Shown piece after piece: positions 29,835 to 43,021 of a DNA stretch of 64,000 bases; within the stretch, counting starts at the first letter, position 1; each line of letters begins with the position of its first letter. The DNA lies in contig OZ024740.1 in assembly GCA_964016885.1 (NCBI GenBank), positions 148,552,001 to 148,616,000 on the forward strand, given 5' to 3'. This stretch comes from Eledone cirrhosa. Taxonomy: Eukaryota. The position numbers and the translations under genes are program-made. Below the pieces are notes generated by a model. The model was not told the DNA's origin. It worked only from the letters and a program-made list of their open reading frames with translations, and did no database searches.

Positions 29835-32800
29835 ATAGAGTCAACGCGATCAGTCGCATATTCTGGCGTGGGAGACTATTTATTAAATTTAAGATGAATA
29901 CTATCTCCGACAGAAATGCCACAACTACAGTCATGTTGAATAACTGGATATTCTTCTAACTATATCTTCTGAAGACACCTTTTATTCGAATTGGTAGAAA
30001 TATCCGACTAAATACATAATTCATTTTACAAGGATTTGCTACAAACAGCATGGCTGAACACAACATCAACAACAAAATTAAGGAAGTACCGAAGACAACC
30101 AGCAAGAAAGGTAAACAAACTTTATTCAGTTGTAGTTACAGAAGAGACCGAAATTATAAATCGCATTTCTCTTGGAGTTGCGAACTTAATAATGATTTAT
30201 TTAATTGATATAAAATGGCAAAAAACAATCCCTCCATTGGCTATATGAACAGAATGAAGCTACACTGGGACGAAATGCACCCAGAGCTAAATTATTTCAC
30301 AGCGAAACAATTACGTCAGAAGCGACGTTTGTTGATCGTAAAAATAAGATAAATAGTATTAATTGTAAGTCCCCCACAACAAATATGTTATAAAACAACA
30401 TGTGCTACACGTTGCCATGCTACTAGACTTCATAGCAGCCAGGTCGAACAGCGCCTTGAAACACCTATACCTGTAAGAAACTTGACACCACCTGTACCAT
30501 CTAAGTCTACCTCTAATGCTGGGGAAAACGCTATCGATAATAATAATCGAAGAAATTTGACACCACGAGTACCATCCGAGTCTACCTCGACTGTTCTGGA
30601 AAATACTATCGATAATGATAATAATCAAAGGTATAAACAATTGAAAATTTCCCTCAACGAAATCTTCCAGAGAAAAATTAATTCATGTATAAATATCTCT
30701 CTTGCTGAACGTATTAAAACGACAATGTTTAATAAAAAAAAAACAAATAATGAAATATTACGTGTTATTGACGAAATATGGGATGAATATTTACGACGGA
30801 TAAAAACCCCAAACATTTTGGCAAATCAACGCCTGTTTATATGCCCTAGCAACGACAGTAAAGCATTATCTTGGTGATAGCAGAGATATTAACAAGAACA
30901 GAACACCACCAAAAATACCATCATATATAACTAAAATAGAAAAAAAGACTGCTGACATACGAAAATCCATAGGATATGTGACAATGCTCCTTACATGCAA
31001 ACAAACACAAAAAACTCACTTCTCACCAACAAAGAGTGAAAAATAAAATAGAGACGATGTTTGGTAACAGTAGAACCAGAACTCTTCAGTATAAGCTGAT
31101 CACCCTCAAATTAGAATTGAGAGCTGTTGGCGAAAAACGCCGATACCTGAAGAAGGTAGATGAAAGAAAAGTGCTTAATAAAATATTCAGACGAAACCAA
31201 ACATCAGACTATAGAGATATGAAGAACAAAATAATAAGTGTCACTCAGACCCGATCGCAAAAACACATAGATTCCTTTTGGAGCAAAATATGGGGTGAAA
31301 AGAAGAATTTCAACCAAGATGTAGTGTGGCTAAGATAAATCCGAAAGAACTATTGCTCCTACACTACAACAAAAACATACGAAATAAGTAAGGGCACCCT
31401 TGAGACTATGATAGGAAAACTCCAAGATAAGAAAACACCAGGAAGAGACATGATTGTCGGCTACTGGTACAAAAAACTGATATTCTATCGGAGGTATCTT
31501 ACTGACCTCTACCAACAAGTTCTTAAGGGAGATACACTTATACCAGAATGGTTGACATTAGCACAAACATTACTGGTCCCCAAGAACAAAGACACCCACT
31601 TGGCAAAAAACTACCGACCCATTGCATGCCAGAACCTGATGTATAAGATGTATACAGCCTGCCTGAACCTATTCCTTCAAGATCACTGTGAAAATAATAA
31701 CATCATCACAGATGAACAAGCAGCTGGAAAGAAAGGGGTTAGGGGATGTGCTGAAAACTCCTAATCAACAAAACTGCGATGTCGGAGGTGCGACAACTTA
31801 GGAGGAATATGACTACAGTCTGGCTGGACTACAGGAAAGCTTTCGATTCTGTTCCCCACTCTTGGATGATGGGAGCCCTCCAACTTGCTAAAGTCCCAGA
31901 CATTATTGTCAGAGCCATAGAGAGGCTGTCTTCTTCTTGGGCTACTCTCCTAAGGTTAAAGTCAGAGAGGGAGGACTCTATTTTCACTGATAAAATAAAA
32001 TATTGCAGGGGTATATTTCAGGGGGACAGTCTCTCTGTGATATTATTCATCTTGCATTAAACCCCTTGTCCTTTCTGCTCAAGAAATGTGAGGGATACAC
32101 TATTAGCTCACAGGAGTACAGAAGTACGAACCTAACCCATAATTTCTTTGTGGACGATCTGACACTGTATGCCAAGAACATGGATGGGATGAAGAAAAAT
32201 CTTGACCTGGTTACAACGTTCTCAAAGGATATAGGAATGAAGTTTGGCCAAGATAAATGTTCATACATGACTGTAAAGCGAGAAAAACAACAACCCAATC
32301 TAGCAACATTGTAATCAATGGCCTAACTATTTCACCGATATCTGATGACGACTGCTACAGATACCTGAGGATAGATGAGAACATATCCTATAATGGTATC
32401 TGTAATAAAAGACGCGTAACCAGAGAATACTACACCCGATTAAGAAAGATCTGGTCATCGGAACTCTCTGCGCAAAACAAAACAGTGGCTCACAATGTGT
32501 TTGCTGTGCCTGTCCTAACACCAACGTTTGGAATACTCAATTGGACGATAGACGAAATCCGAGCAGTTGATGTTGGAACTCGAAAAATACTAAAGAACAC
32601 TGGAAACTTCCACATCAACAGTGACATAGACATACTTGAAACGTAAGCAGGGAGGCAGAGGCCTAACATCAGTCCAGACAAAATGTGAATGTCGCATCAT
32701 AACTCTCCGACAACATCTACGAACCTCGAAGCGTAGGAATCCGTCTCTCGAGCAAGTCTATCTGCATGAAACAGATAAGATCATGAGAGTTGGTTAGGAA

Positions 32801-33936
32801 CTCCTCGAGAGATATTCCCTGTGTGATAATCAAAAACTCACACCCAGGGAAGTCGCTCAGCAATATCGCAGTGAATCCATGGATGAAAAACTGCATGCTT
32901 ATCAGCAAAAAATCATGCATGCATATGTTGCCAGGAAGCTCCAGAGTGAGAGTAATATAGATAAGGAAAGTAGTCTATATTGGACCAACAACCGCTATAT
33001 TGGCTCCCACTTTGAAGGATACGCTTTTGCAATCCAAGAACAGGGGATTAACACGAAATACTTGATTCACAAAAGAGATAGGGATGCAGGCAAAACACCT
33101 AGATGTGATAACAAGTACAGACTCTGCAGAACTAACATCGAGGATATCACCCATGTCATCAGCAGCTGTCCAAAGATGTCATCGCGGTACTATCTACCTA
33201 TGAGGCATGATGTAGTGGCCAAAACACTGTACAATGCATTTGGTAAAAAAGATAGCCTCGATAATAAACACGTTAAAAGCTACAGAAATGTGGAAGACAT
33301 CCATGTACATAATATGAAAGAGTACTGGTGGAATGTTCCAGTAAAACCCCAATAAAATGCAGGCATAACAGACCAAATATTATGATATGGGACAGGGAGA
33401 AGAAAGCATGCATAGTAGTGGAAATTAGCTGCCCAGCAGATGCCAATATAATATCAAAGTTTAGCGAAAAGGAGAATATTTATGCAGAACTGATGAGAAA
33501 TCTGCAGATACTCCACCCTGATTACACCTTCAGATTTATGCCTGTGATTATTGGGGCACTGGGGTATGTTAGTAACTGCCTCAATACAAATCTTGAGAAG
33601 CTAGGCTTCACAGAAACAGAAAGAACAGAACTAGTTAGGAAATTACAAGTACAATCCATTAATGGAACAGTAAACATATGTAAAATATTCCAAACACTTT
33701 GCATCTAATAACTGCATATACACATGTACAGATACAAAGCATATACACATGCACACACACAACTCAAAACATACACATCCACACATACAATAACATCTAT
33801 ATCTACACATGCATGCATACATAATCTACCTAGTTGATGTTGTGTAAATTCCAATGAGAGAGTCTTGAGTCTATGTTAAAAACCGACTCTCTCACTATTG
33901 AGAAACAATTTGTGAAATTATAAAACCAGAAGAACG
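29835..33936 (+). mobile_element. Decayed R4/Dong-like non-LTR retrotransposon (RT, CCHC, restriction-like endonuclease)
   Basis: [43 protein letters not shown]...EDITHVISSC, RHD, RPNIMIWD...VEISCP. Flanked by (CATA)n on both sides. Multiple frameshifts. Confidence 0.9.
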
Positions 33937-34865
33937 CATACATACATACTGCCCACTCGCTATCGAGTATGGCCATTGCACGAGAAAAAAAAACATAATA
34001 ATAACAATAATAATAATAATGACAACAATAATAATAACGACAACAACAACAATAATAATATACATATATATATATACACACACACTCACATGCATAAACA
34101 TATCTATACACACACACACACGATAGCAATTAACAGCGCTGCGATCGAATGTGGCTTTTTAGCCCAGCCAATGATCTAAAATGTCTTGCACAGAGTCGGC
34201 AACCAAAACATTCACTGGCAATAGTCGGCTGTGGTTGGAGTTCGTGTACTTTTGCATGTCGCTTGAGCCCTCCTGCTGATTTACATTCTCTACCACATGT
34301 TTGGCAAGCATGATGAGTAGCATCTCCAACAGCAGCCTGGTAGTCAACCACTGGTCTTACTTTATGACTGCGAAGATGACTTTCGAGTCCAGCTTTGCTT
34401 AGGCAGAGTCTCGCACAGACGCTGCATGTCAGCACCTTTGCCGTCTGGAAGTGCAACAGCAATGCCCTTCCTCACATCTCGCTTTACTTTCTCGTATGCG
34501 ATTCGAAATGCCTCAAAGGCAACTTTTCCCTCATATACAGTCTTTCTCCATTTATTACGTCAGCAGCAATATTTTCCCATGTATCAGCAGAGATGTTAGC
34601 GTCTTTCAAAGAGGCTTTCAAGGAATCCTTATACTTCTTTTTTGGTTTATGTGACGGTCGTTTTCCTTTAACCAACTCTCCATAGAAGAGTTGTTTTGGT
34701 ATTCTAGAATCCTTCATCCTGGCAAGGTGACCACTCCAACGGAGTCGTTGCTTAAGCACAAGAGGTTCTATACTGTCACACATAGAGCTTTCCAAAATCT
34801 CGACATCACTGATGTGGTCCCTCCAGTGAACACCACGGATCCGTCTGAGACACATCTGATGGAAA
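33937..34865 (-). mobile_element. RTE/BovB-like LINE 3' part with three C-terminal C2H2-like fingers and (TATG)n tail
   Basis: FHQMCLRRI...RLRWSGHLARMKDSRIPKQLFYGEL, then CSVC...H..SH, CQTC...H..VH, CRLC...H. The 3' UTR is split by microsatellites and ends in gcag(tatg)n at about 33937-33950. Confidence 0.85.
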
Positions 34866-34969
34866 CACAAAATAACAAAACACACACACACGCACACAAC
34901 ACAACAACAACATCAACTTCCACCACCACCACCACCACCAGCGACCGGGCCTTAAGAAAACAACAACTT

Positions 34970-35135
34970 TAATAATAATAATTTTTCTGCTTTTGGCACG
35001 GAGCCAGCGACTATCCCAGCGCATTACTGGTACTCTCTTTTGTTGACTCCGTGGGGATGAAAGGCAAGGTTGACCTCGGCGGGATTTGAGCTCGGAGCGT
35101 GGGGAGTCATAGCTCTATGCTGTAAAGCAATTATA
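34970..35135 (-). mobile_element. SINE (same family as 28609-28829)
   Basis: ggatgaaaggcaaggttgacctcggcgggatttgagctc is the reverse complement of the B-box and body. Confidence 0.8.
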
Positions 35136-35213
35136 ATAATACTGAACGGTAACACGAACGGCTTCAACTATACGAACTCTTGAAAGTCAACAGTTGACAT
35201 AATAATCTTGTAA

Positions 35214-36562
35214 CATACATACATACATACATACATACATACATACATACATACATACATACATACATACATACATGCTGATTGCTACTTCTTGTCAGAA
35301 GAGAGCCATCCCTTCATTGAGCATTGCACGATCATGCGCACGAGGGTGACTTTTAAAACCCGGTTTTGTATTGCAGACTCGTTCACAAGTGTGACACTTG
35401 AACTGTCTATCTTCTGGCACTCTCGGCTGAGGTGTGCCTGCATGCATTTTACTATGTCTGGCCAGTCCACCAGCTGACCTGCGAATTACGCCACACTCAC
35501 TGCAAATGTACCGAAGTGTGAGTGGCGGTAGAACCATCTAAAAGGTGGCTTAATTTCTCCTTGGCTCGTGTGATTTAAGATGGTTGACAAATCCAGATCT
35601 TGATAGAAACAATCTGCCACACACATTGCTGGATTTTTTAAGGCACTACACTTAGGTTCTGCGTACGAAGTGGACGCTTCAAAACGTCATGCCCCACTCG
35701 CCTTTTCTGAAAGATACCGTAACCATACGTGATGATCTTTCTCCTTCATGTACGGCTTTCAGGTATCTGTTTCAAAATAATCCTCCTCTCAATACTAGTG
35801 CGACTCTCTTTCTCAAATACAGCAGTATCAGTTCTGTACGAGGGCCACTTAATGTCCAGGATGCGTTGGATACAATGCTGGTCAAATATTTCCAGCTCTC
35901 TAGTGTGATGCCTGTAAGTTGTCCACGTTTCGCCTCCGTATAGCAGGGTTATAAGAACACAGGCCTCATACAAAGAGAGCTTTGTGTTTAAGGTGATACC
36001 CCGATCTGACCAGATTCTGTTCTCAAGATTCCCGAAGGCAAGATTCGCTTTCGCATTCCTGTGATTTATTTCAGCATCGACGGTACCATATCTGTTAAGA
36101 ATACTTCCGTGATTCACAAAGCTGTCCACCACCTCATGTCTTTTTTCCTGTCATGGAAATATCTGTCTCCACATACACTTCCCCAACGGGTAGAGTGTAC
36201 ATGACCTTTGTCTTTTTTATACTAATATTTAGCCCAAACACAGTGCATGCGTTGGAGAAAGCGTCCAATATCAATTGCATGTCCGCTACAGTGTATACCA
36301 CAAAATCTGTATCACAAGAAGTCCAAAATAAACGTGCCAAATATTTTGGACTTGGTGTTAAACCGTCTTAGATTAAAGACATTACCAGGGGTTTTAGTTC
36401 TCAAGTATACATCGATTTCGAAGTTTTGGAACATGTCAGCAGCATGGCAAAGTAGATGGAGAACAGAGTGAGTACAGGTATGTCACCTTGCTTGACACCG
36501 TTTTCCACTGATGCTGGCTCTGAAAGTGTCCCATTCACATTTGCTTCCATATTTTGAAAGTC
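35214..36562 (-). mobile_element. RTE/BovB-like LINE, 3' (non-inverted) segment with C2H2-like fingers and (TATG)n tail
   Basis: MEANV.G.LS...VENGVKQGD; FGLNISIKKTKVM; LLYGGETWTTY; CSECG...H..MH; CHTC...H. (CATA)n at 35214-35276. Confidence 0.88.
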
Positions 36563-38310
36563 CACAGATCCAGAAGGCAGAACTGCTATAGTTGGCAGAA
36601 AAATTGAACAGGTATAATATTGATATAGCTGAACGCTCTGAAACCCGTCTTAGTGGAGAAAGTCAACTATCAGAGAGAGATGCTACATATACGTTCTTCA
36701 GGAAACGGAAACCAAATGGGAAGAAACGGAATGGAGGAGCAGTTTTGTCGTTGCTGCCCGGACAGAGTTCGCAAAACGACTGAAGTAACCACAAAGTATT
36801 AGTGATTAAATTATGCATCTAATATTTCCTCTTTCAATGGGGCGTTTTACGACTATCATTTCAGTGTACCCTGGATAGTAGCCAGGAATCAATCATGGGT
36901 TTTTATCCAGATTTACAAGGGTGTATAACATCGATTCCACATTCCGACAAGAACTTGCTTCTTGGAGATTTTAATGCACGCGTGGGAAAGGACGACCACA
37001 TCTGGAATGTTTTATAACGTCACGACATGGGCAAGATGAATGCCAATAGTCTTCTCCTTTTGCAATTATGCACTAAGTTTAGGCTGGTCTTGTGCAATAC
37101 TTTTTTGCAGCAAAAGGAGATCCACAGGGCAACATGGATACACTCGATGTCTAAACATTGACACATCTCACATCTTGGATTATATCATCACCAGGAAGTG
37201 AGACCTCCAGGATAGCTAATCTGTAAGAATATTGCGTTGTGCAGAATGTGGTACGGACCAAAACCTTGTATGGGGCAAGATAAAGGTACAGATCAGAAGA
37301 AAGTTGTGTGCAAAGTTTAGAAATGCGAGATGCTCTTCAAAATGCACTTAAAAACGTCGTCTTTGGTTGAATATGGGAACAATTTAAAACACAGAGAGTG
37401 GTTTGATGATAATGATGTTGCAATCACCATGACCATTGAAAAGAGAAAAAAGCTGTATGATAAGTGTCTTGCCGCAGAGAGTACAGTGAGGAATACTTGT
37501 GAGAAGGTCTTCAAAAAAGCAAAAGCAAAACTGCAATGTAAACCTCGAACGATGAAGAGTAACTGGTGGCCTACAGTTTCAGCAGAGATGCATAGGGCTT
37601 GTAACTTCAGAAACCTGAAGGCATTATACATTAAAATAAAGCAGGTATTTTGTCCATAGCCCTCAAACATGGCTCCATTGATTGTCTTCATCAAAGATAC
37701 AGCAGGAATCATGAGCCGATGGACTGAACACTTTAAAGATGTTTGACAACCCATCTGTAGTTGATGAGGAAATTATTAATGAACTGCCACAAAGGGAGAC
37801 TGTAACAGAGATGATGGATGATCTAGCCATTGATGAGATAAGGTCTATTATCAAAGAGATAAATAGAGGCAAAGCTCTAGATTTGGATAGAATACTTGTT
37901 GAGCTGATCCGTTTTGGAGGAGACAGTGTTGCTATGGCCATCCCTGGGCTACTCTTATCTGTATGGCATGGTGAGGCTGTCCCGCAAGACAGGATAGATG
38001 CAATGTTGCTCTTGATTTACAAAGGGAAGAGCTTCAAGTCTAAATGCGGTGAGTGTCGGGGTATAAGTCTGCTTGAATCGTAAAATGAATCTGCCCTGGT
38101 GCCATCCCTGAGAACCAGTCTGGATACAGAGCTGTGCGGGGAACTATGGACATGATATTCTCAGACCATCAGCTTATGGAGAAGTGGGATGAGCAGCATG
38201 TGCCACTAAACCAAGTATTTGTGGATCTCACCAAAGCTTTCGATACTGTTAATCGTAATTAATTATAGGTCATATCGAGGGAACTTGGATGACCTCATCA
38301 TTTGTTGGAA
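36563..38310 (+). mobile_element. Inverted 5' segment of the same RTE element (APE endonuclease to RT N-terminus)
   Basis: PEGRTAIV..KLNRYNIDIA..SETRL; LGDFNARVG; LDYII; GKALDLD.I..EL; RGISLL; FVDLTKAFDTVNR. Confidence 0.85.
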
Positions 38311-38674
38311 TATAAAAAAATACATACATAATTACATACATATATACATATTATTTCCTATATATATATATAGGACTACAGCTTCCAATCTTCTCTTTCC
38401 TAAATAACAAATATATCTCTTGTTTGTCTTTCGTCTCTAACTGCCTTACACTTTCTATTGCATGTCTGGCTGAAGTTGCACATAGTTTATGAGTTTATAC
38501 ATAATTTTAGCGCGACTCTTACTGTTAGAAGCGGTATAAGGGGTTTTAACTTATTTATGGAGAATGATAGAAGCGGAGTATCTTCGGTTGCATATATACT
38601 CATCGATAAATTGACATCATTACAAAAAGAATAAATGAGATTTTCGTCGTCCTCACTAGAAACGGCGTCGTTTA

Positions 38675-39076
38675 CACCAACATCAACGACATCATCGCCA
38701 TCATAATCATCATCACCGCCATCATCATCATCATCATCGTCATCATCATCATCATCATCATCATCAGCATCATCAACGTCACCATCATCATCATCATCAT
38801 CGTCATCATCATCATCATCATCATCTTCTTATACTCATTATACACATTATCTTCATCATCAACGACGTCATTGCCATGGACTTTGTTTATAGTATCAATC
38901 AACTGCAAAACATCGTTCGATCGGTCTTACTGAGGCAACGGTTTCTATTGCTCTCACAGTTGTTTCTTCTTCTTCTTCTTCTTCTTCTTCTTCTTCTTCT
39001 TCTTCTTCTTCTTCTAATAACAACAACAATAAAGACTGCTACTACTACTATTACTACTACTACTACTACTTCTACA

Positions 39077-39134
<58 letters not shown>

Positions 39135-39135
39135 T
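38675..39135. repeat. (CAT)n, (CTT)n and (CTA)n trinucleotide microsatellites
   Basis: Directly visible tandem triplets. Confidence 0.95.
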
Positions 39136-39489
39136 CAACACCAAATCCAAAATGATGACTATTACTAACATTGCAACTTCTATATAATCGTACAAACAAA
39201 ACGTACTATGATATCGTCATAGGGAGTCAAAATTCTAAAGCTGACATGAATACAAATATGAGATAATTTCTACCATATGCTGTCTATCAATGAAATCTAT
39301 AGTTGCATCTAATCTACTAACTCTCACCCACCCGCTGATTTATTTGGACGAGTTATTTGATATCGTCAGATTGAAGATATAAAAATCCAAGTCACGCATG
39401 CATGTATATATGTGCACGTGTGTGTCATTATATCTATAATTGTATTTAAATATAAATATAGAATACCATATATATATATATACATATAA

Positions 39490-39527
<38 letters not shown>

Positions 39528-39949
39528 CGCCCCCTCTGTCAGTTACACTTTCTCTCGACTGGCCTCTTCCTCGCACTTCCACTCACTCACTCTCTGCTTC
39601 TCCCCTTCTCACTTCCTCCCGTTTGGCCTGTAGTGGGATCTTTTCTTGCTCACACCTCACTCACATCGGACGGTCTCTTGTCTCTCGCTCATGAAATCCA
39701 CACAGCTAAAGCTGATCGGACTCCCATGTGCTTGTTTTTTCCTATCTTTGCATTGCTATCCTTCTATGTTTGTTTACTTGTCTCGCTCGCTTTACGAGAT
39801 TTACTTGTCCCAATAGCTTTATTTAGCTATTGCTCGCACCAACTGGAGGTATATGACTTTTTAAAGCGATGAAATACCAATGAAGGATGGAAAATCACTG
39901 ATGAAGGACTATTTTTATCATATGTAACCACGCAGTATTTTTTCTTCTC

Positions 39950-39981
<32 letters not shown>

Positions 39982-40030
39982 CTTATATATGTATATAGTT
40001 GTATATATATATGTATATATATAGTATATT

Positions 40031-40089
<59 letters not shown>

Positions 40090-40181
40090 TTATATATATA
40101 TATGTATATAAATATATATATTATATAAATACGATATTAAATAAATGGAAACTATATATATATTATATATATTTCATATAA

Positions 40182-40232
<51 letters not shown>

Positions 40233-40237
40233 TATAT

Positions 40238-40300
<63 letters not shown>

Positions 40301-40344
40301 TGTATGTCTGTGAGTCTGTGGGCGTGTATATATATACATATATA

Positions 40345-40662
40345 TCTGAGGTCTGTTCTCACCACCTCCGACCATGTTTTTCGTAGTCTTCCTCTAGTGC
40401 GTCTTCCTTCTACTGGGATTTCTTGGCACTTCCTTACCCAGCGGTCATCCTCCATGCGCATCACATGTTCATACCATCTTAGCCTTCTCTCCTGCACACC
40501 ACAGCTTATCCCTCTTATACCCAGTTTCTTTCTCAACTCGTCTATGCTTGGTCGTTCACGCACATTGACATTACACATCCAACGGAGCATGCTTGCTTCA
40601 TTTCTCTCTAGCCGTCGCATATCCTCTCCAGTTGATGCCCATGTCTCACTACCATGCAGCAT
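40345..40662 (-). mobile_element. RTE LINE 3' fragment
   Basis: MLHGSETWA...RRLERNEASMLRWMC...RRLRWYEHVMRM...GRRTRGR.RKTW. Confidence 0.88.
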
Positions 40663-41005
40663 TATATATATATATTTAGTTTTGTTGGTTCACCACTGGA
40701 TAGAACTGGTCATTCCGTATGGTCAATCTCGATGTATTAGTATGGAGAGTACTCAACGTAATGCAACTCACCCGTCTTCGTTTGTGTAGTTGGTGGTGCG
40801 AGTTAATTATTATAAAATAACAGGAGGCTGGACTGGTGTAAATCCTTGAAAGGTTTATTATACTATGATCATTTTAAAGTGTTTATATGTACACCTGTAT
40901 TCTCCTCATCTGATTCTCACCTGTATTCTCCTCCTCTGTATTCTCCTTGTCTCTGATTTTCAGCCCCATGGATTTTATCTGTTATATTCCTTTGTTATAT
41001 TTCGA

Positions 41006-41063
41006 ATACCTGATGATATCACCGGATTCATACTTAACCCGGTCATTGAAATGATCATAGAAT
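41006..41063 (+). ncRNA. Type I hammerhead ribozyme motif within fold-back element 40803-41100
   Basis: atac CTGATGA t atcaccgg...ccggtcat t GAAA tgatca TA gaat aataaa. The inverted copy at about 40803-40876 preserves the stem I partner gtat. Confidence 0.7.
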
Positions 41064-41104
41064 AATAAACCTTTCCAGCCTGCTGTTATTTTATAATTAT
41101 ATAT

Positions 41105-41152
<48 letters not shown>

Positions 41153-41220
41153 GTGAGGTTTTTTTTACAAAATGAAAAATAACCGAGGTGTCCTACACGA
41201 GTGAAAGTATAAAGAAAAAA

Positions 41221-41776
41221 AAAAAAGATGAAATCGAAAATACACATGGAGTCTTATTTTTAAAAAAATATATATATTTATTTGGTTCCTTTACCGGTTT
41301 CGCAGTTCTTCTGCTTTTCAAAAGTAGAGTTGAGATGGAGGGTCTGTGGTTTTTCTCACATCTGGTTGGTCTCTGAATGTTACTTGTTTTATATGGAAAA
41401 AGTGGCTCGATTAAAAAAAAGCCTTCGTGAACCCCCTTTTTTTAAGTAAAAAGAAATTCAAACACTCATATATGAAAAAACAACACGTGACCCCCCCCCC
41501 CTGTTTGAAGAACTTTGTAACGCGAACTGGCGCGAAATTTATTATAATTAATGACCAACCAATCAAATTAATTCTCTAAAAACCTGGCATTTCGAGCCAC
41601 TTTTTCCATATAAAACAAGTAACATTCAGAGACCAACCAGATGTGAGAAAAACCACAGACCCTCCATCTCAACTCTACTTTTGAAAAGCAGAAGAACTGC
41701 GAAACCGGTAAAGGAGCCAAATAAATATATATATTTAAAAAAAATAAGACTCCAGTTGCATTTTCGATTTCATCTG

Positions 41777-41780
<4 letters not shown>
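41221..41780. mobile_element. Fold-back element with about 190 bp arms, each with a U3:A8 hammerhead
   Basis: Arms at about 41221-41410 and 41592-41780 are near-perfect reverse complements. Flanked by (TA)n. Confidence 0.85.
41673..41716 (+). ncRNA. Minimal hammerhead, U3:A8 core variant
   Basis: ctc-ta-ctt TTGAAAA gcag-aagaa-ctgc GAAA ccgg TA aag-gag. A mirror copy lies on the minus strand at about 41288-41329. Confidence 0.7.
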
Positions 41781-42957
<1,177 letters not shown>

Positions 42958-42978
42958 GAGAGAGTGAGAGAGAGGAAT

Positions 42979-43020
<42 letters not shown>

Positions 43021-43021
<1 letters not shown>

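Noticed and set aside
34130-34462. Possible host C2H2 zinc-finger gene
   Set aside because: It is contiguous with the RTE thumb region and followed by the element's 3' tail.
39895-39940. CTGATGA in a TA-flanked island (similar partial motifs near 38470 and 47106)
   Set aside because: There is no downstream stem II-GAAA-UH. These are possibly decayed pLTRs but cannot be supported.
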